DNA from: a candidate division WOR_3 bacterium SM23_42
GTDB taxonomy: Bacteria; Hydrothermota; Tepidihabitantia; SM23-42
Length of the DNA stretch: 64,000 nt
Direction: 5' to 3'
NCBI GenBank assembly: GCA_001303785.1
Contig: LJUJ01000004.1
Span: forward strand, 64,845-128,844
Shown piece after piece: positions 17,434-25,968 of this stretch; positions within the stretch are counted from its first letter, which is position 1, and each line of letters starts with the position of its first letter. A model generated the notes under the pieces. That model was not told the DNA's origin and ran no database searches. It saw only the letters and a list, made by a program, of their open reading frames with translations. Position numbers and translations under genes: made by a program.

Positions 17434-17733
17434 ATGATGCGAAGGGAATTTTTGATCGAAAAAATCGCCGAGAAGATTGGCCCAGCGTATACTAAAACAG
17501 ATATCGAAAAGTTGATTGATACGTTTTTGGATACGCTCTTTGAAATCTTGATACAAAACAAACGAGTCGAGTTGCGTAGGTTTGGAACTTTCGAGCTCCG
17601 AAAGAGGCCGGGCCGGAGTGCAAAGGCCCCCAAGAGTGGCAAGGTTTATACTCTTGCTGATCGATATGTACCATTCTTCCGTCCATCAAAGATATTCAAG
17701 AATATGGTTCAGGAAAGGACAAGGCCAGAGTAG
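17434..17733 (+). CDS. HU/IHF-family DNA-binding protein
   Basis: 99 aa. RRFGTFELRKRPGRSAKAPKSGKVYTLADRYVPFFRPSK matches the HU/IHF beta-arm (GFGxFxxRxRxxRxxRNPxTGxxxxIxxxxxxxFKxGK). Confidence 0.85.
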   Translation: MMRREFLIEKIAEKIGPAYTKTDIEKLIDTFLDTLFEILIQNKRVELRRFGTFELRKRPGRSAKAPKSGKVYTLADRYVPFFRPSKIFKNMVQERTRPE

Positions 17734-17880
17734 TCCTGAAACGTAATAGATCCGGAATACAACAATCTGATATCAGATAGCTAACAGTTGATATCAACAA
17801 ACCCCTGCAAGATGTCGGATTACTGATAGCTGATGATCGATACTGATATCTGTTATCCGTTGTCCGCTATCCGTTGATAG

Positions 17881-19464
17881 TTATCCGTTTAAGATCTTTT
17901 CGACTTCTTCCTTGTCAACATCCATGACATATGGAATTCCAGATATATTCGCAGCGTCTTTGGTCAGTGACGCGATGTCATCACGCGAGATATGTTTTAG
18001 GGCAAACTTACGATTGCCGGTCATTAGCTGTTTCAGGCCTTGGCCCATTCGTTCGACATATGTATAAACGCCAAGTGCTCCGGTTGGAACGCGGTCAAAA
18101 TCCTTACCCAATTCTTTTTTCAACTTTGATGCGGTTACGAATATCTCTTCTTTCTTGTTGCCAAAGCGCTCAATAAATACTGGAATTTCGTCCTCATCGA
18201 TCTTCTTGCCGATCGTTTTGCCGACCATAGCCGCACACAGAGGTCCGCGCGCCATACCGACAATCTTCGTGTACGGAGCACCCAGGGCGAGGGCCTTGAA
18301 GATTTGATCCTCGAAAGCGATACCACCAGCAAACGCGAGAGCTGGTACGTATTCACCCTTCTTTGCCAATTTATCTGTGTAGAAATAAGTCAAAGAATGA
18401 ATCTCGACCGGTGGCATACCCCATTCATTCATCATGTGCCAGGGACTCATACCAGTCCCGCCACCTGCTCCGTCCACAGTCAACAAGTCGATCTTCGCTT
18501 TCGAAGAGTATTTTACGGCTCGCGCCAGGTCGGCCGGACGGTAGGCACCCGTTTTCAAGAATACATACTTGGCTCCGGCTTTACGCAATTCCTCAACTCG
18601 TTTCATGAATGATTCTTCTTCGACCATGCCGATGCGTGAGTGTCGTTCAAATTCGGTAAATGTTTTGTGCTCAAACGCAGTGATGACATCGGGATCAAGC
18701 GGGTCCGGTAATACTACATAACCACGTTTTCTCAATATCTGTGCTTTCTTTAGATCTTTTATCTTCACCTCACCACCGATATCCTTGGCGCCTTGCCCCC
18801 ATTTCAACTCGACCGTTTCGACTCCGAGCTTTCGTATGGCAAATTCTTGCACACCGAGTCTCGTGTCTTCCACATTTGCCTGGACAATGATCATGCCATA
18901 GCCATCCCTTTGCCAGTCCTTGTAGAGTCGCACTCGGTTTTCAAGGTCGGGAGCCTTGAGTATTTTGTTATTCCTGATTTCACTCTTCATGTCCATGGCG
19001 ACAACATTTTCGCCTATTGTCAACATGGCTCCGGATAAGGCAGTGCCGATTGCCAATCCTTGCCAGTTATTCTTGGCGACATTAGTCGACCCTAGACCTG
19101 GAACGACCATCGGGAACTTCAGCTTGATGCCGTTGCCTGCGCCGAATCTCTGCTCGATATTGACGTTCGGAAAGATTGCCTTATCTGGATCAGCCTCGAT
19201 GCCGAAAGCACCAACCGCCGTGCCCATAATATTAAAATGAGAATAATCGACTGGATAGTTCTTCTCGGCGGCGGCGGTCAGTATGCCGAATGGTTGTGGG
19301 TATATTACCTCATGTCCGCGAATAGCAGATTTTCCAATTTCGCACATACCGATACACCCATCAACACACGTAACGCACATTCCGCTCAACGGAACAATAG
19401 AATCTTCGGTTCTGTTCTTTGTCAATGTTGCTGCTGAAGCATTCATTCTTGATAATGAAGGCAT
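17881..19464 (-). CDS. glutamate synthase-family FMN-binding protein (GltB central-domain-like), N-terminal Cys4 motif
   Basis: 527 aa. VDGAGGGTGMSPW and the surrounding TIM-barrel region resemble the FMN/FeS domain of the glutamate synthase large subunit (archaeal split type). N-terminal CVTCVDGCIGMC (CxxCxxxCxxxC). Good SD (GAAAGGAGAG) before the ATG. Lacks the amidotransferase and GXGXG domains. Confidence 0.8.
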   Translation of the reverse strand: MPSLSRMNASAATLTKNRTEDSIVPLSGMCVTCVDGCIGMCEIGKSAIRGHEVIYPQPFGILTAAAEKNYPVDYSHFNIMGTAVGAFGIEADPDKAIFPNVNIEQRFGAGNGIKLKFPMVVPGLGSTNVAKNNWQGLAIGTALSGAMLTIGENVVAMDMKSEIRNNKILKAPDLENRVRLYKDWQRDGYGMIIVQANVEDTRLGVQEFAIRKLGVETVELKWGQGAKDIGGEVKIKDLKKAQILRKRGYVVLPDPLDPDVITAFEHKTFTEFERHSRIGMVEEESFMKRVEELRKAGAKYVFLKTGAYRPADLARAVKYSSKAKIDLLTVDGAGGGTGMSPWHMMNEWGMPPVEIHSLTYFYTDKLAKKGEYVPALAFAGGIAFEDQIFKALALGAPYTKIVGMARGPLCAAMVGKTIGKKIDEDEIPVFIERFGNKKEEIFVTASKLKKELGKDFDRVPTGALGVYTYVERMGQGLKQLMTGNRKFALKHISRDDIASLTKDAANISGIPYVMDVDKEEVEKILNG

Positions 19465-19530
19465 ATTTTTCTCTCCTTTCGCTACTGATGACAGATAACT
19501 GATAACAGATGACTGCTTGGCATAGAGTGA

Positions 19531-19944
19531 TCAGCCATTATCAAGTCTGTCAAATATTTCTGTTTCATGTTTTTCACGTACTGACTGAATCAGATTAAAC
19601 AGCATACCACAGAGATCATTGTAGTCTTTGCTTAATCTGCGGTATGACTCTTTGTTTTCAAGCGATCCAGTTTCAAATAAATAATCTAAATGTTCAATTG
19701 TTTCTTGCGATGATGCATATGCGAGCGAGAGATAACGTAGATATTCGTTCTTATAGTGCCTCAAGGAAAAACCTTCAACGATGTTGCTGGAAACTGATTT
19801 AGACGACCCTCTTATTTGGCTTCCTTCTTCGTATAATTCGAATCGAGGGAGGCTTAAAGATATCTCATGAATTTCCAGTGCAAGCCTATGTGCTTGTTGA
19901 TAGACCTTGAGGTTCCGGTATCCTGTTTGTTTCTGGTGTTTCAT
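19531..19944 (-). CDS. four-helix-bundle protein (TIGR02436-type, '23S rRNA intervening-sequence protein' family)
   Basis: 137 aa. YRNLKVYQQAHRLALEIHEISLSLPRFELYEEGSQIRGSSKSVSSNIVEG is the signature of this family. The gene exactly fills the gap between the NuoG-like and GltB-like genes and is flanked by imperfect inverted repeats. Confidence 0.8.
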   Translation of the reverse strand: MKHQKQTGYRNLKVYQQAHRLALEIHEISLSLPRFELYEEGSQIRGSSKSVSSNIVEGFSLRHYKNEYLRYLSLAYASSQETIEHLDYLFETGSLENKESYRRLSKDYNDLCGMLFNLIQSVREKHETEIFDRLDNG

Positions 19945-19955
19945 ACAGTTATCCG

Positions 19956-20657
19956 TTATCTCTTATCTGACTTCTTCTGGTCCGGCCGTCCTTCGCATGT
20001 GCCGCAGTCACCCGTCGTAGCCATCCAGCATTGGTAATCTTCGTGGGCCTCGATACAGGTCGGTTCAAGAGAAAGACAGCCGCTGCACAAGTCGGTCATA
20101 GCATCTGGCCCCTGGCACCGCAGTTGGCATGCTGGACAAACATAGATGCATCCGCCACACAGGCGACACTCTTCGGACTTGATGTTAAAGGGAGTCTCGA
20201 TCTTTTTCTTATTGCCGCGGTTTGTAAAACCTATCGCACCCCCTTGCATTTGTTCCTTGCACATTCGAACACAGCGGCCGCAGAGCACGCAGTCTTCATG
20301 ACGCGCAGGGAAACGAACTGAGGTTACATGAAATTTGGACGCCAGGTCCTGAATCGTTTTTGATTGTGGACAGATTGAAACCAGTAATTCGATCATCATC
20401 TTGCGAGCATTGACTACGCGTTTTGTATTTGTGCGCACGATGAGCCCTTCTTCAACGGGATAGGTGCACGAGCTTACCAATTTGCTGTTCTCTCCTTTGT
20501 CTATTTCGACAAGACACAGACGGCAGCCACCGTAGGGTGATAATCCTTCGTAATAACAGAATGTTGGTATCTCAATACCGTAGAATTTGCAGGCTTCGAG
20601 AATGGTCGATCCTTCTTGAATCTGGACTTCGAGACCGTTCAGAATGAAGTTTATCAT
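19956..20657 (-). CDS. NuoG-N-terminal-like iron-sulfur protein: 2Fe-2S, His-ligated 4Fe-4S, 4Fe-4S; no H-cluster or molybdopterin domain (StnC/HydA-N-like)
   Basis: 233 aa. 2Fe-2S cysteines (CYYEGLSPYGGCRLCLV...SSC), HxxxCxxCxxxxxC (HEDCVLCGRCVRMC), CRLCGGCIYVCP, and a C-terminal Cys-rich tail. Confidence 0.8.
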   Translation of the reverse strand: MINFILNGLEVQIQEGSTILEACKFYGIEIPTFCYYEGLSPYGGCRLCLVEIDKGENSKLVSSCTYPVEEGLIVRTNTKRVVNARKMMIELLVSICPQSKTIQDLASKFHVTSVRFPARHEDCVLCGRCVRMCKEQMQGGAIGFTNRGNKKKIETPFNIKSEECRLCGGCIYVCPACQLRCQGPDAMTDLCSGCLSLEPTCIEAHEDYQCWMATTGDCGTCEGRPDQKKSDKR

Positions 20658-23600
20658 TTTTGCTCCTTTTCATCTTCATCTCTTACTTCTAGATCACATC
20701 TCAAGCATCTCTTTGCTTCTTTGATTGCTGCACTTTTTTTGAGCCCAAGGTCTACTTCATTGAAATTCTTCGCACGCTTGCGAGGGTCGAGTTTCCAGGT
20801 TACTTGCCGTGTACTTTCCAATGTTTCCTTTACCGTCAACTTGACTGGTTCGACGTAGATTGATGGTCTAGTCACTCTATACTCAAACTTGATTTCCTTA
20901 TCGCTTAGATACTGGTCAATGGCTTTGGCCGCTTTTTTGCCGTCGGCCATTGCGTCAATAACCGAACTGGGACCGCGTATCGCATCACCGCCCGCAAAGA
21001 CTCCCGGAATATTGGTTGCGAGTGTTTCTTCATTTACGACAAATGTATTCCAACCCGTTATTTCGAAATTGTGATCCTTCTTCAAGAAAGAAATATCGGG
21101 CTGCTCGCTGATAGCCGAGATCAGAGTATCCAACTCAAATACCGATTCGGATCCCTTAATTGGTATCGGACGACGCCGTCCGCTTTGGTCAACAGCCCCG
21201 AGTTCCATCCGTGTACACTTCACACCCGCAACGCGGCCGTCTTTCATGACGATTTCAGTGGGTGCGGTGAGGAATTGTATATTGATCCCTTCTTCAAGTG
21301 CGGCTTCTATCTCTTCCGCATATGCGGGCATTTCGTTCCTCGTTCTGCGATAGATGATTGTGACATCGTCTACTTGCGGGAGTCGGTTAGCGGCGCGAGC
21401 TGCATCGACAGCTGAATTACCGCCGCCGATTACACCAATCCTGGCGCCAATATTGGTTTTTTCGCTCAGACTTTGCTTGGTGAGAAATTCCATTGCCGGT
21501 ACTACACCCGCTGTATCTTCGTTCGGTATTCCCAATTTTATGCTTTTGTGTGCACCGATCGCAATATACACGGCTTTGTAACCCTGTTTAAATAGCTGAT
21601 CCAGTGTAAAATCGCGACCCAGTTTCTGATTAGTCATGACCTCCGCCCCGGCGCGGACTACCCGATCGATGTCCTCCTTTAATGCTTTTTTTGGAAGCCG
21701 ATAAGCTGGAATGCCGACGGCAAGCATGCCTCCGGCAACCGGCAGTGCCTCAAAAACAGTCGAAGCATAGCCTCTGCATGCCAGATCATGCGCAGCCATT
21801 AGGCCGGACGGTCCAGACCCGATTATCGCGACCTTGGCACCAGACGGTTTACGCCTCTTGGATGTTCGTTTTCTAGTGCTACTGTGCTCAATGGCCGCGC
21901 GCTTCAGGGCTCGAATCGAAATTGGTTTGCCACCTTGCCCAGCACGGCACTTTGTTTCACATGGGTGATGGCAAACGCGAGCGCAGATATTGAGCAGTGG
22001 GTTGTCCTTCAGGATAATATCGTATGCCTTATCAAATTGTCCGTGAGCGATATACGCAATGTATTGAGGTGCTTCTGTGTCAATCGGACATGTATGCTGA
22101 CACGGCGAGGAGATGATATGCTTGCACACAACTGCAGGACATCTCTTGTATTTTATGTGTGCCTGGTATTCGTCCCTGAAATATCTGAGAGTGCTGAGTA
22201 CGGGATTGGCTGCGGTTTGCCCCAACCCGCACATTGAAGCATCTTTGGTCGCGACTGCGAGTTCCTCCAGTAATGGGATATCCTCAGGACGCCCTCTGCC
22301 TTTGGTAATCTTATCGAGTATCTCCCAAATTCGCTGCGTGCCTTCACGACACGACAGACACTTGCCGCAAGATTCGTCACGTAGAAAGTTCATGAAGTAT
22401 TTCGCCACATCGACCATGCATGTGTCTTCGTCCATGACAATCATGCCGCCCGAACCCATCATCGAGCCTGCTTGTTTCAGACTTTCGTAGTCAATTGTAA
22501 GATCAAGGAGATTTTCGGGTATGCAACCGCCAGATGGACCCCCGGTCTGGACAGCCTTAATTTTCTTATTATTGGGTATTCCACCACCAATTTCGTAGAT
22601 GATATCTTTCATGGTGATGCCCATCGGGACTTCCACGAGACCCGTATTGCTAATTTTGCCTACGAGGGAGAAGATTTTCGTACCCTTGCTACCTTCAGTA
22701 CCGATCGCTGAATACCAATCGGCACCACGTAGAATAATGTGGGGTACGTTCGCCCACGTTTCAACGTTGTTTATGTTAGTCGGTTTTCTCCACAATCCTT
22801 GTTTTACAGGATATGGCGGACGTTGTTTTGGGATGCCAATCTTACCTTCTATGGCTGCGAGTAATGAGGTTTCTTCTCCGGATACGAATGCACCGGCGCC
22901 TCTTTTTACTTCAATCGAAAAATCAAAACCGGTGTGGAGCACATTCTTACCAAGTAGTCCATATTCCTCTGCCTGCTCTATTGCGATTTTGATTCTCCTC
23001 AAAGCGAGAGGGTATTCTGTACGTACATAAATGAAACCTTTTGCAGCCTCGATTGCCCGCGCTCCGATGATCATGCCTTCCAGAACCGCGTGGGGATCTG
23101 CTTCGAGTATGCTGCGATCCATGAAGGCACCGGGATCACCCTCGTCTGCGTTGCACACCACATACTTCGAATTTCCTGCAGTCTTATGGCACAGCTCCCA
23201 TTTGAGCCCGGTTGGAAACCCTGCACCTCCGCGGCCTCTTAGGCCGGCATCTTTGACTTCTTTTATGATATCTTCAGGAGTCATGTCAGTTAATGCTTTT
23301 TCGAGTGCCCGGTAGCCATCAAAGGCAATATACTCGTCAATATTTTCCGGATCGATTCGCCCACGGTTTCTTAGTACGATCAGACGTTGATGTTTGAAAA
23401 ATCCTATGTCCATCATTCTAGGTATTGGCGCAGCTTCGGTTGGCGGTACATACATCAGTTTCTTGACCGGCCTTCCCTTAATGAGGTGTTCTTCAACGAG
23501 AAGGGGGATGTCTTCCCGCTTCAGGCGTTGATAGAATATTCCGTCCGGTTGCACAACAACAATCGGCCCTCTTTCGCAAAAACCGTTGCATCCTGTGGAG

Positions 23601-23731
23601 ATGATTGCCACTTCATTCTGCAATTTTCTTTTCGTGATTTCTTTCTCTAACGTTGTCTTGATTTCAAAAGAGCCTGCCGCCACACAGCCTGTCCCGGCAC
23701 AGACGAGTAGATGCGTGCGATACTGTTTCAA
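20654..23731 (-). CDS. fusion protein: thioredoxin-like 2Fe-2S domain + NuoF-like FMN/NADH-binding 51-kDa subunit + GltD-like FAD/NAD(P)H oxidoreductase with FeS (HydB/NuoF-GltD fusion as in Stn/Nfn-Bfu-type complexes)
   Basis: 1025 aa. N-terminus CAGTGC...CNGFC. NuoF motifs GRGGAGFPTGLKWE, ADEGDPGAFMDRS, CGKCLSCREG. GltD-like N-terminal FeS cysteines (CPAVVCKHIISSPCQHTCP, CARVCHHPCETKC). Rossmann fold KVAIIGSGPSGLMAAHDLA and a second dinucleotide site IGVIGGGNSAVD. FAD motif VFAGGDAIRG. Confidence 0.85.
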   Translation of the reverse strand: MKQYRTHLLVCAGTGCVAAGSFEIKTTLEKEITKRKLQNEVAIISTGCNGFCERGPIVVVQPDGIFYQRLKREDIPLLVEEHLIKGRPVKKLMYVPPTEAAPIPRMMDIGFFKHQRLIVLRNRGRIDPENIDEYIAFDGYRALEKALTDMTPEDIIKEVKDAGLRGRGGAGFPTGLKWELCHKTAGNSKYVVCNADEGDPGAFMDRSILEADPHAVLEGMIIGARAIEAAKGFIYVRTEYPLALRRIKIAIEQAEEYGLLGKNVLHTGFDFSIEVKRGAGAFVSGEETSLLAAIEGKIGIPKQRPPYPVKQGLWRKPTNINNVETWANVPHIILRGADWYSAIGTEGSKGTKIFSLVGKISNTGLVEVPMGITMKDIIYEIGGGIPNNKKIKAVQTGGPSGGCIPENLLDLTIDYESLKQAGSMMGSGGMIVMDEDTCMVDVAKYFMNFLRDESCGKCLSCREGTQRIWEILDKITKGRGRPEDIPLLEELAVATKDASMCGLGQTAANPVLSTLRYFRDEYQAHIKYKRCPAVVCKHIISSPCQHTCPIDTEAPQYIAYIAHGQFDKAYDIILKDNPLLNICARVCHHPCETKCRAGQGGKPISIRALKRAAIEHSSTRKRTSKRRKPSGAKVAIIGSGPSGLMAAHDLACRGYASTVFEALPVAGGMLAVGIPAYRLPKKALKEDIDRVVRAGAEVMTNQKLGRDFTLDQLFKQGYKAVYIAIGAHKSIKLGIPNEDTAGVVPAMEFLTKQSLSEKTNIGARIGVIGGGNSAVDAARAANRLPQVDDVTIIYRRTRNEMPAYAEEIEAALEEGINIQFLTAPTEIVMKDGRVAGVKCTRMELGAVDQSGRRRPIPIKGSESVFELDTLISAISEQPDISFLKKDHNFEITGWNTFVVNEETLATNIPGVFAGGDAIRGPSSVIDAMADGKKAAKAIDQYLSDKEIKFEYRVTRPSIYVEPVKLTVKETLESTRQVTWKLDPRKRAKNFNEVDLGLKKSAAIKEAKRCLRCDLEVRDEDEKEQK

Positions 23732-23923
23732 ACTAACCTCCTAGCTGTAAAAGGTTACGTTTAATGGTTAGGGTCACGAGGCCCGCTTCGGATGAAAAAG
23801 CAACGTTTCTTGGCGATACTGACATCACGGGATTCGTTGAAGGGCAACGGTCCAAGTGTGTAGACATCACCGTGAGACGTCTAACGATACTGGCTTCGTA
23901 GCCATTACCGTAACCGATCCTTT

Positions 23924-24307
23924 TCAGTGCGTCCTCTCACTGCCAATCGCAAGGGCGTACTCATTGACAATATCACCTTTGACAATATGCCTTTCCAGGA
24001 TTTTTCTCATTTTCTCTGGCGTCAGGTCAACGTATTTAACTGGTGGTTTGCCGGTAATTTCCACTGTGGCCATAGGTTCTCGGCTGCAAAGTCCTGCGCA
24101 ACCCGATGTCGTGACAATCACATCATCGAGTTTCTTCTTCCGGATATCCTTGAGTAGTCCTGTGAGCACATCACGCGCACCGGCAGCAATGCCGCATGTT
24201 CCCATATGCACGGTAACCTTTGCCCGTGCCTTGCCTTGGCGTAGGACTGCAGTCCTTCTGACCTTGTCACGTATTTTTTCCAAATCGCCAATCTTTAATT
24301 TCTTCAC
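23924..24307 (-). CDS. NuoE-like thioredoxin-fold [2Fe-2S] ferredoxin (HydC/24-kDa subunit-like)
   Basis: Cys spacing CGIAAG...C...CAGLC, typical of NuoE/HndA. The ORF-track start at 24346 is a TTG overlapping the upstream gene by 80 nt. A GTG at 24307 preceded by AAGGAG-N6 is preferred. Confidence 0.75.
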   Translation of the reverse strand: MKKLKIGDLEKIRDKVRRTAVLRQGKARAKVTVHMGTCGIAAGARDVLTGLLKDIRKKKLDDVIVTTSGCAGLCSREPMATVEITGKPPVKYVDLTPEKMRKILERHIVKGDIVNEYALAIGSERTH

Positions 24308-24860
24308 TTTTTGCTCCTTTCTGAATTGCCTGTAATCCCTCCTCAATTTGTTCTCTTAGAAACAGGATTATTTCAGGGTCGTTGATTGCCACTCCGTTAA
24401 GTCTCTTTTTGATTTCTTTGGTGCTAAAGATAAACTCTTGGTCGCCCTTACGGTGACGGTATTTGAAATCTGCTTTGGGGCTGCTACCCGCAATGCAGGT
24501 AGTAATCGTCTCGGCCATGTTTCCGAGAGGCTTTCGATCGATGTGATCATATACGAACCTCGCGGTGATTCTTGTGCCCTTACCTGGTTTCGATCTAACG
24601 TCGAGGCTGCCGGCGGCTTCTTTTGTAGCCTGAGCGAGCATTGAAAGCCCCAAACCAACTCTTCTCGTTCCTTTCGTTGTATAGAACGGATCAATCGACT
24701 TGGTGAGGGTCTCTTTGTCCATTCCTCTACCATCGTCATTGATCTTGATGAGTAGCAAATTCCCGACGATGTCCTCTTCGATCACAATCTCAATGTTCGT
24801 TGCCCCAGCAGCCACAGAATTTTCGATGATGTCCAATATGTGGAGCGAGAGGTCTTCCAT
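24267..24860 (-). CDS. histidine-kinase-like ATPase (HATPase_c) domain protein, kinase-like component of the hydrogenase-associated regulatory module
   Basis: 197 aa. N-box/G-box-like INDDGRGMD, GLGLSMLAQ. No DHp or sensor domain. Confidence 0.6.
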   Translation of the reverse strand: MEDLSLHILDIIENSVAAGATNIEIVIEEDIVGNLLLIKINDDGRGMDKETLTKSIDPFYTTKGTRRVGLGLSMLAQATKEAAGSLDVRSKPGKGTRITARFVYDHIDRKPLGNMAETITTCIAGSSPKADFKYRHRKGDQEFIFSTKEIKKRLNGVAINDPEIILFLREQIEEGLQAIQKGAKSEEIKDWRFGKNT

Positions 24861-24862
24861 GT

Positions 24863-25612
24863 CTAAGCCTCCAGCATCACGGAACGTCCTTGCTTAACTT
24901 TGAATGCTTTGCCTAGTTCTTCGATGGTCGGTGCAGCAATCCTGAAGCGAGCGATTACCTTGCCGATTTCGTCCAGACTGTGAGCATCAGATGACGATAT
25001 CAGTGAGAACTTCTCTATTTGAGGCGCCATCTTGGCTGCCTCGGCATGGGTGATTGAAGAGGAAATCTCCAAGGCATCAAGTTCGAGACCCTCAGGTATG
25101 AATCCCAATTGACCGATGATACTGTAGGCTTCCCGGTCGATGTGAGAAGCAATGGCCAAGCCGTCCAACCGGTGAATCTCTTGAACGGTGTCGCTAATCG
25201 ACAGATTTGTTGCGCCGATCAACAATCTGTGGTTGTAACCCTCGACTTCATCGAATTCATTGGCAATGATCTGCTCACCGAACAACTTTTCTTTGTTCTC
25301 GCCGGGTGCAAGGTTCTGATATACTAATTGCTGCATTATCAGAGCAGTATCGACGTCTTTAAATAATCCGATAACGTGAACTTCTTCCGAACTGGTGATT
25401 TCCATGCCAGCAAGCACGGTTAGACTCGTGTCTCGAGCCGCGTTCGCTGCGGCCCTTAGGTTTTCCGCTGAGTTATGGTCACATATTGCGATCATATCGA
25501 GTTTCTTGGCAAGCGCGGCCTTGACTACTCTCCTGGGGGACATTGTCAAATCCGCGCAGGGTGATAGACACGTATGAATGTGCAGATCCGCACGATAGCA
25601 TCGCAACATCAA
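24863..25612 (-). CDS. PHP (polymerase/histidinol-phosphatase) family metal-dependent phosphoesterase
   Basis: 249 aa. ADLHIHTCLSPCAD, ICDHNSAENL, IASHID and SSDAH histidine/aspartate metal-binding motifs. Confidence 0.75.
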   Translation of the reverse strand: MMLRCYRADLHIHTCLSPCADLTMSPRRVVKAALAKKLDMIAICDHNSAENLRAAANAARDTSLTVLAGMEITSSEEVHVIGLFKDVDTALIMQQLVYQNLAPGENKEKLFGEQIIANEFDEVEGYNHRLLIGATNLSISDTVQEIHRLDGLAIASHIDREAYSIIGQLGFIPEGLELDALEISSSITHAEAAKMAPQIEKFSLISSSDAHSLDEIGKVIARFRIAAPTIEELGKAFKVKQGRSVMLEA

Positions 25613-25968
25613 CGCTTTCCGCTGATACCCATTTCATATAGTCTGCCTACCAATTCGAAAGCCGGTGAATCACTTGTCATTATTGGCAGGCCTTCGGATT
25701 CGGCCTTTTCTATAGTCTCCTTTTCTGGCATACGTCCATTGATCATCACGATCCCTGCGATTTCTTTTAACATTGCCACAGCTACGACATTCGGATGCAC
25801 TTGCAAAGTTATCCAGACATCACCCTTCTTACTATTTGCCATCACATCACTCAGAAGGTCACTCGAGTAACCTCCGCATACTTCTTTGTCTAGTTGTTGC
25901 TCTCCACATGCTACTTGGAGATTAAGCGATTTGACTATCTCGGTAAGCTTCATCTTGCTTTTCTCCAT
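25609..25968 (-). CDS. DRTGG domain protein
   Basis: 119 aa. Pattern G..SDLLSDVM...GDVWITLQVHPNVVAVAMLKEIAGIVMINGRMPE is typical of the stand-alone DRTGG domain found with CBS/phosphatase regulators. Start may be the internal M (MKLTEI). Confidence 0.6.
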   Translation of the reverse strand: MEKSKMKLTEIVKSLNLQVACGEQQLDKEVCGGYSSDLLSDVMANSKKGDVWITLQVHPNVVAVAMLKEIAGIVMINGRMPEKETIEKAESEGLPIMTSDSPAFELVGRLYEMGISGKR

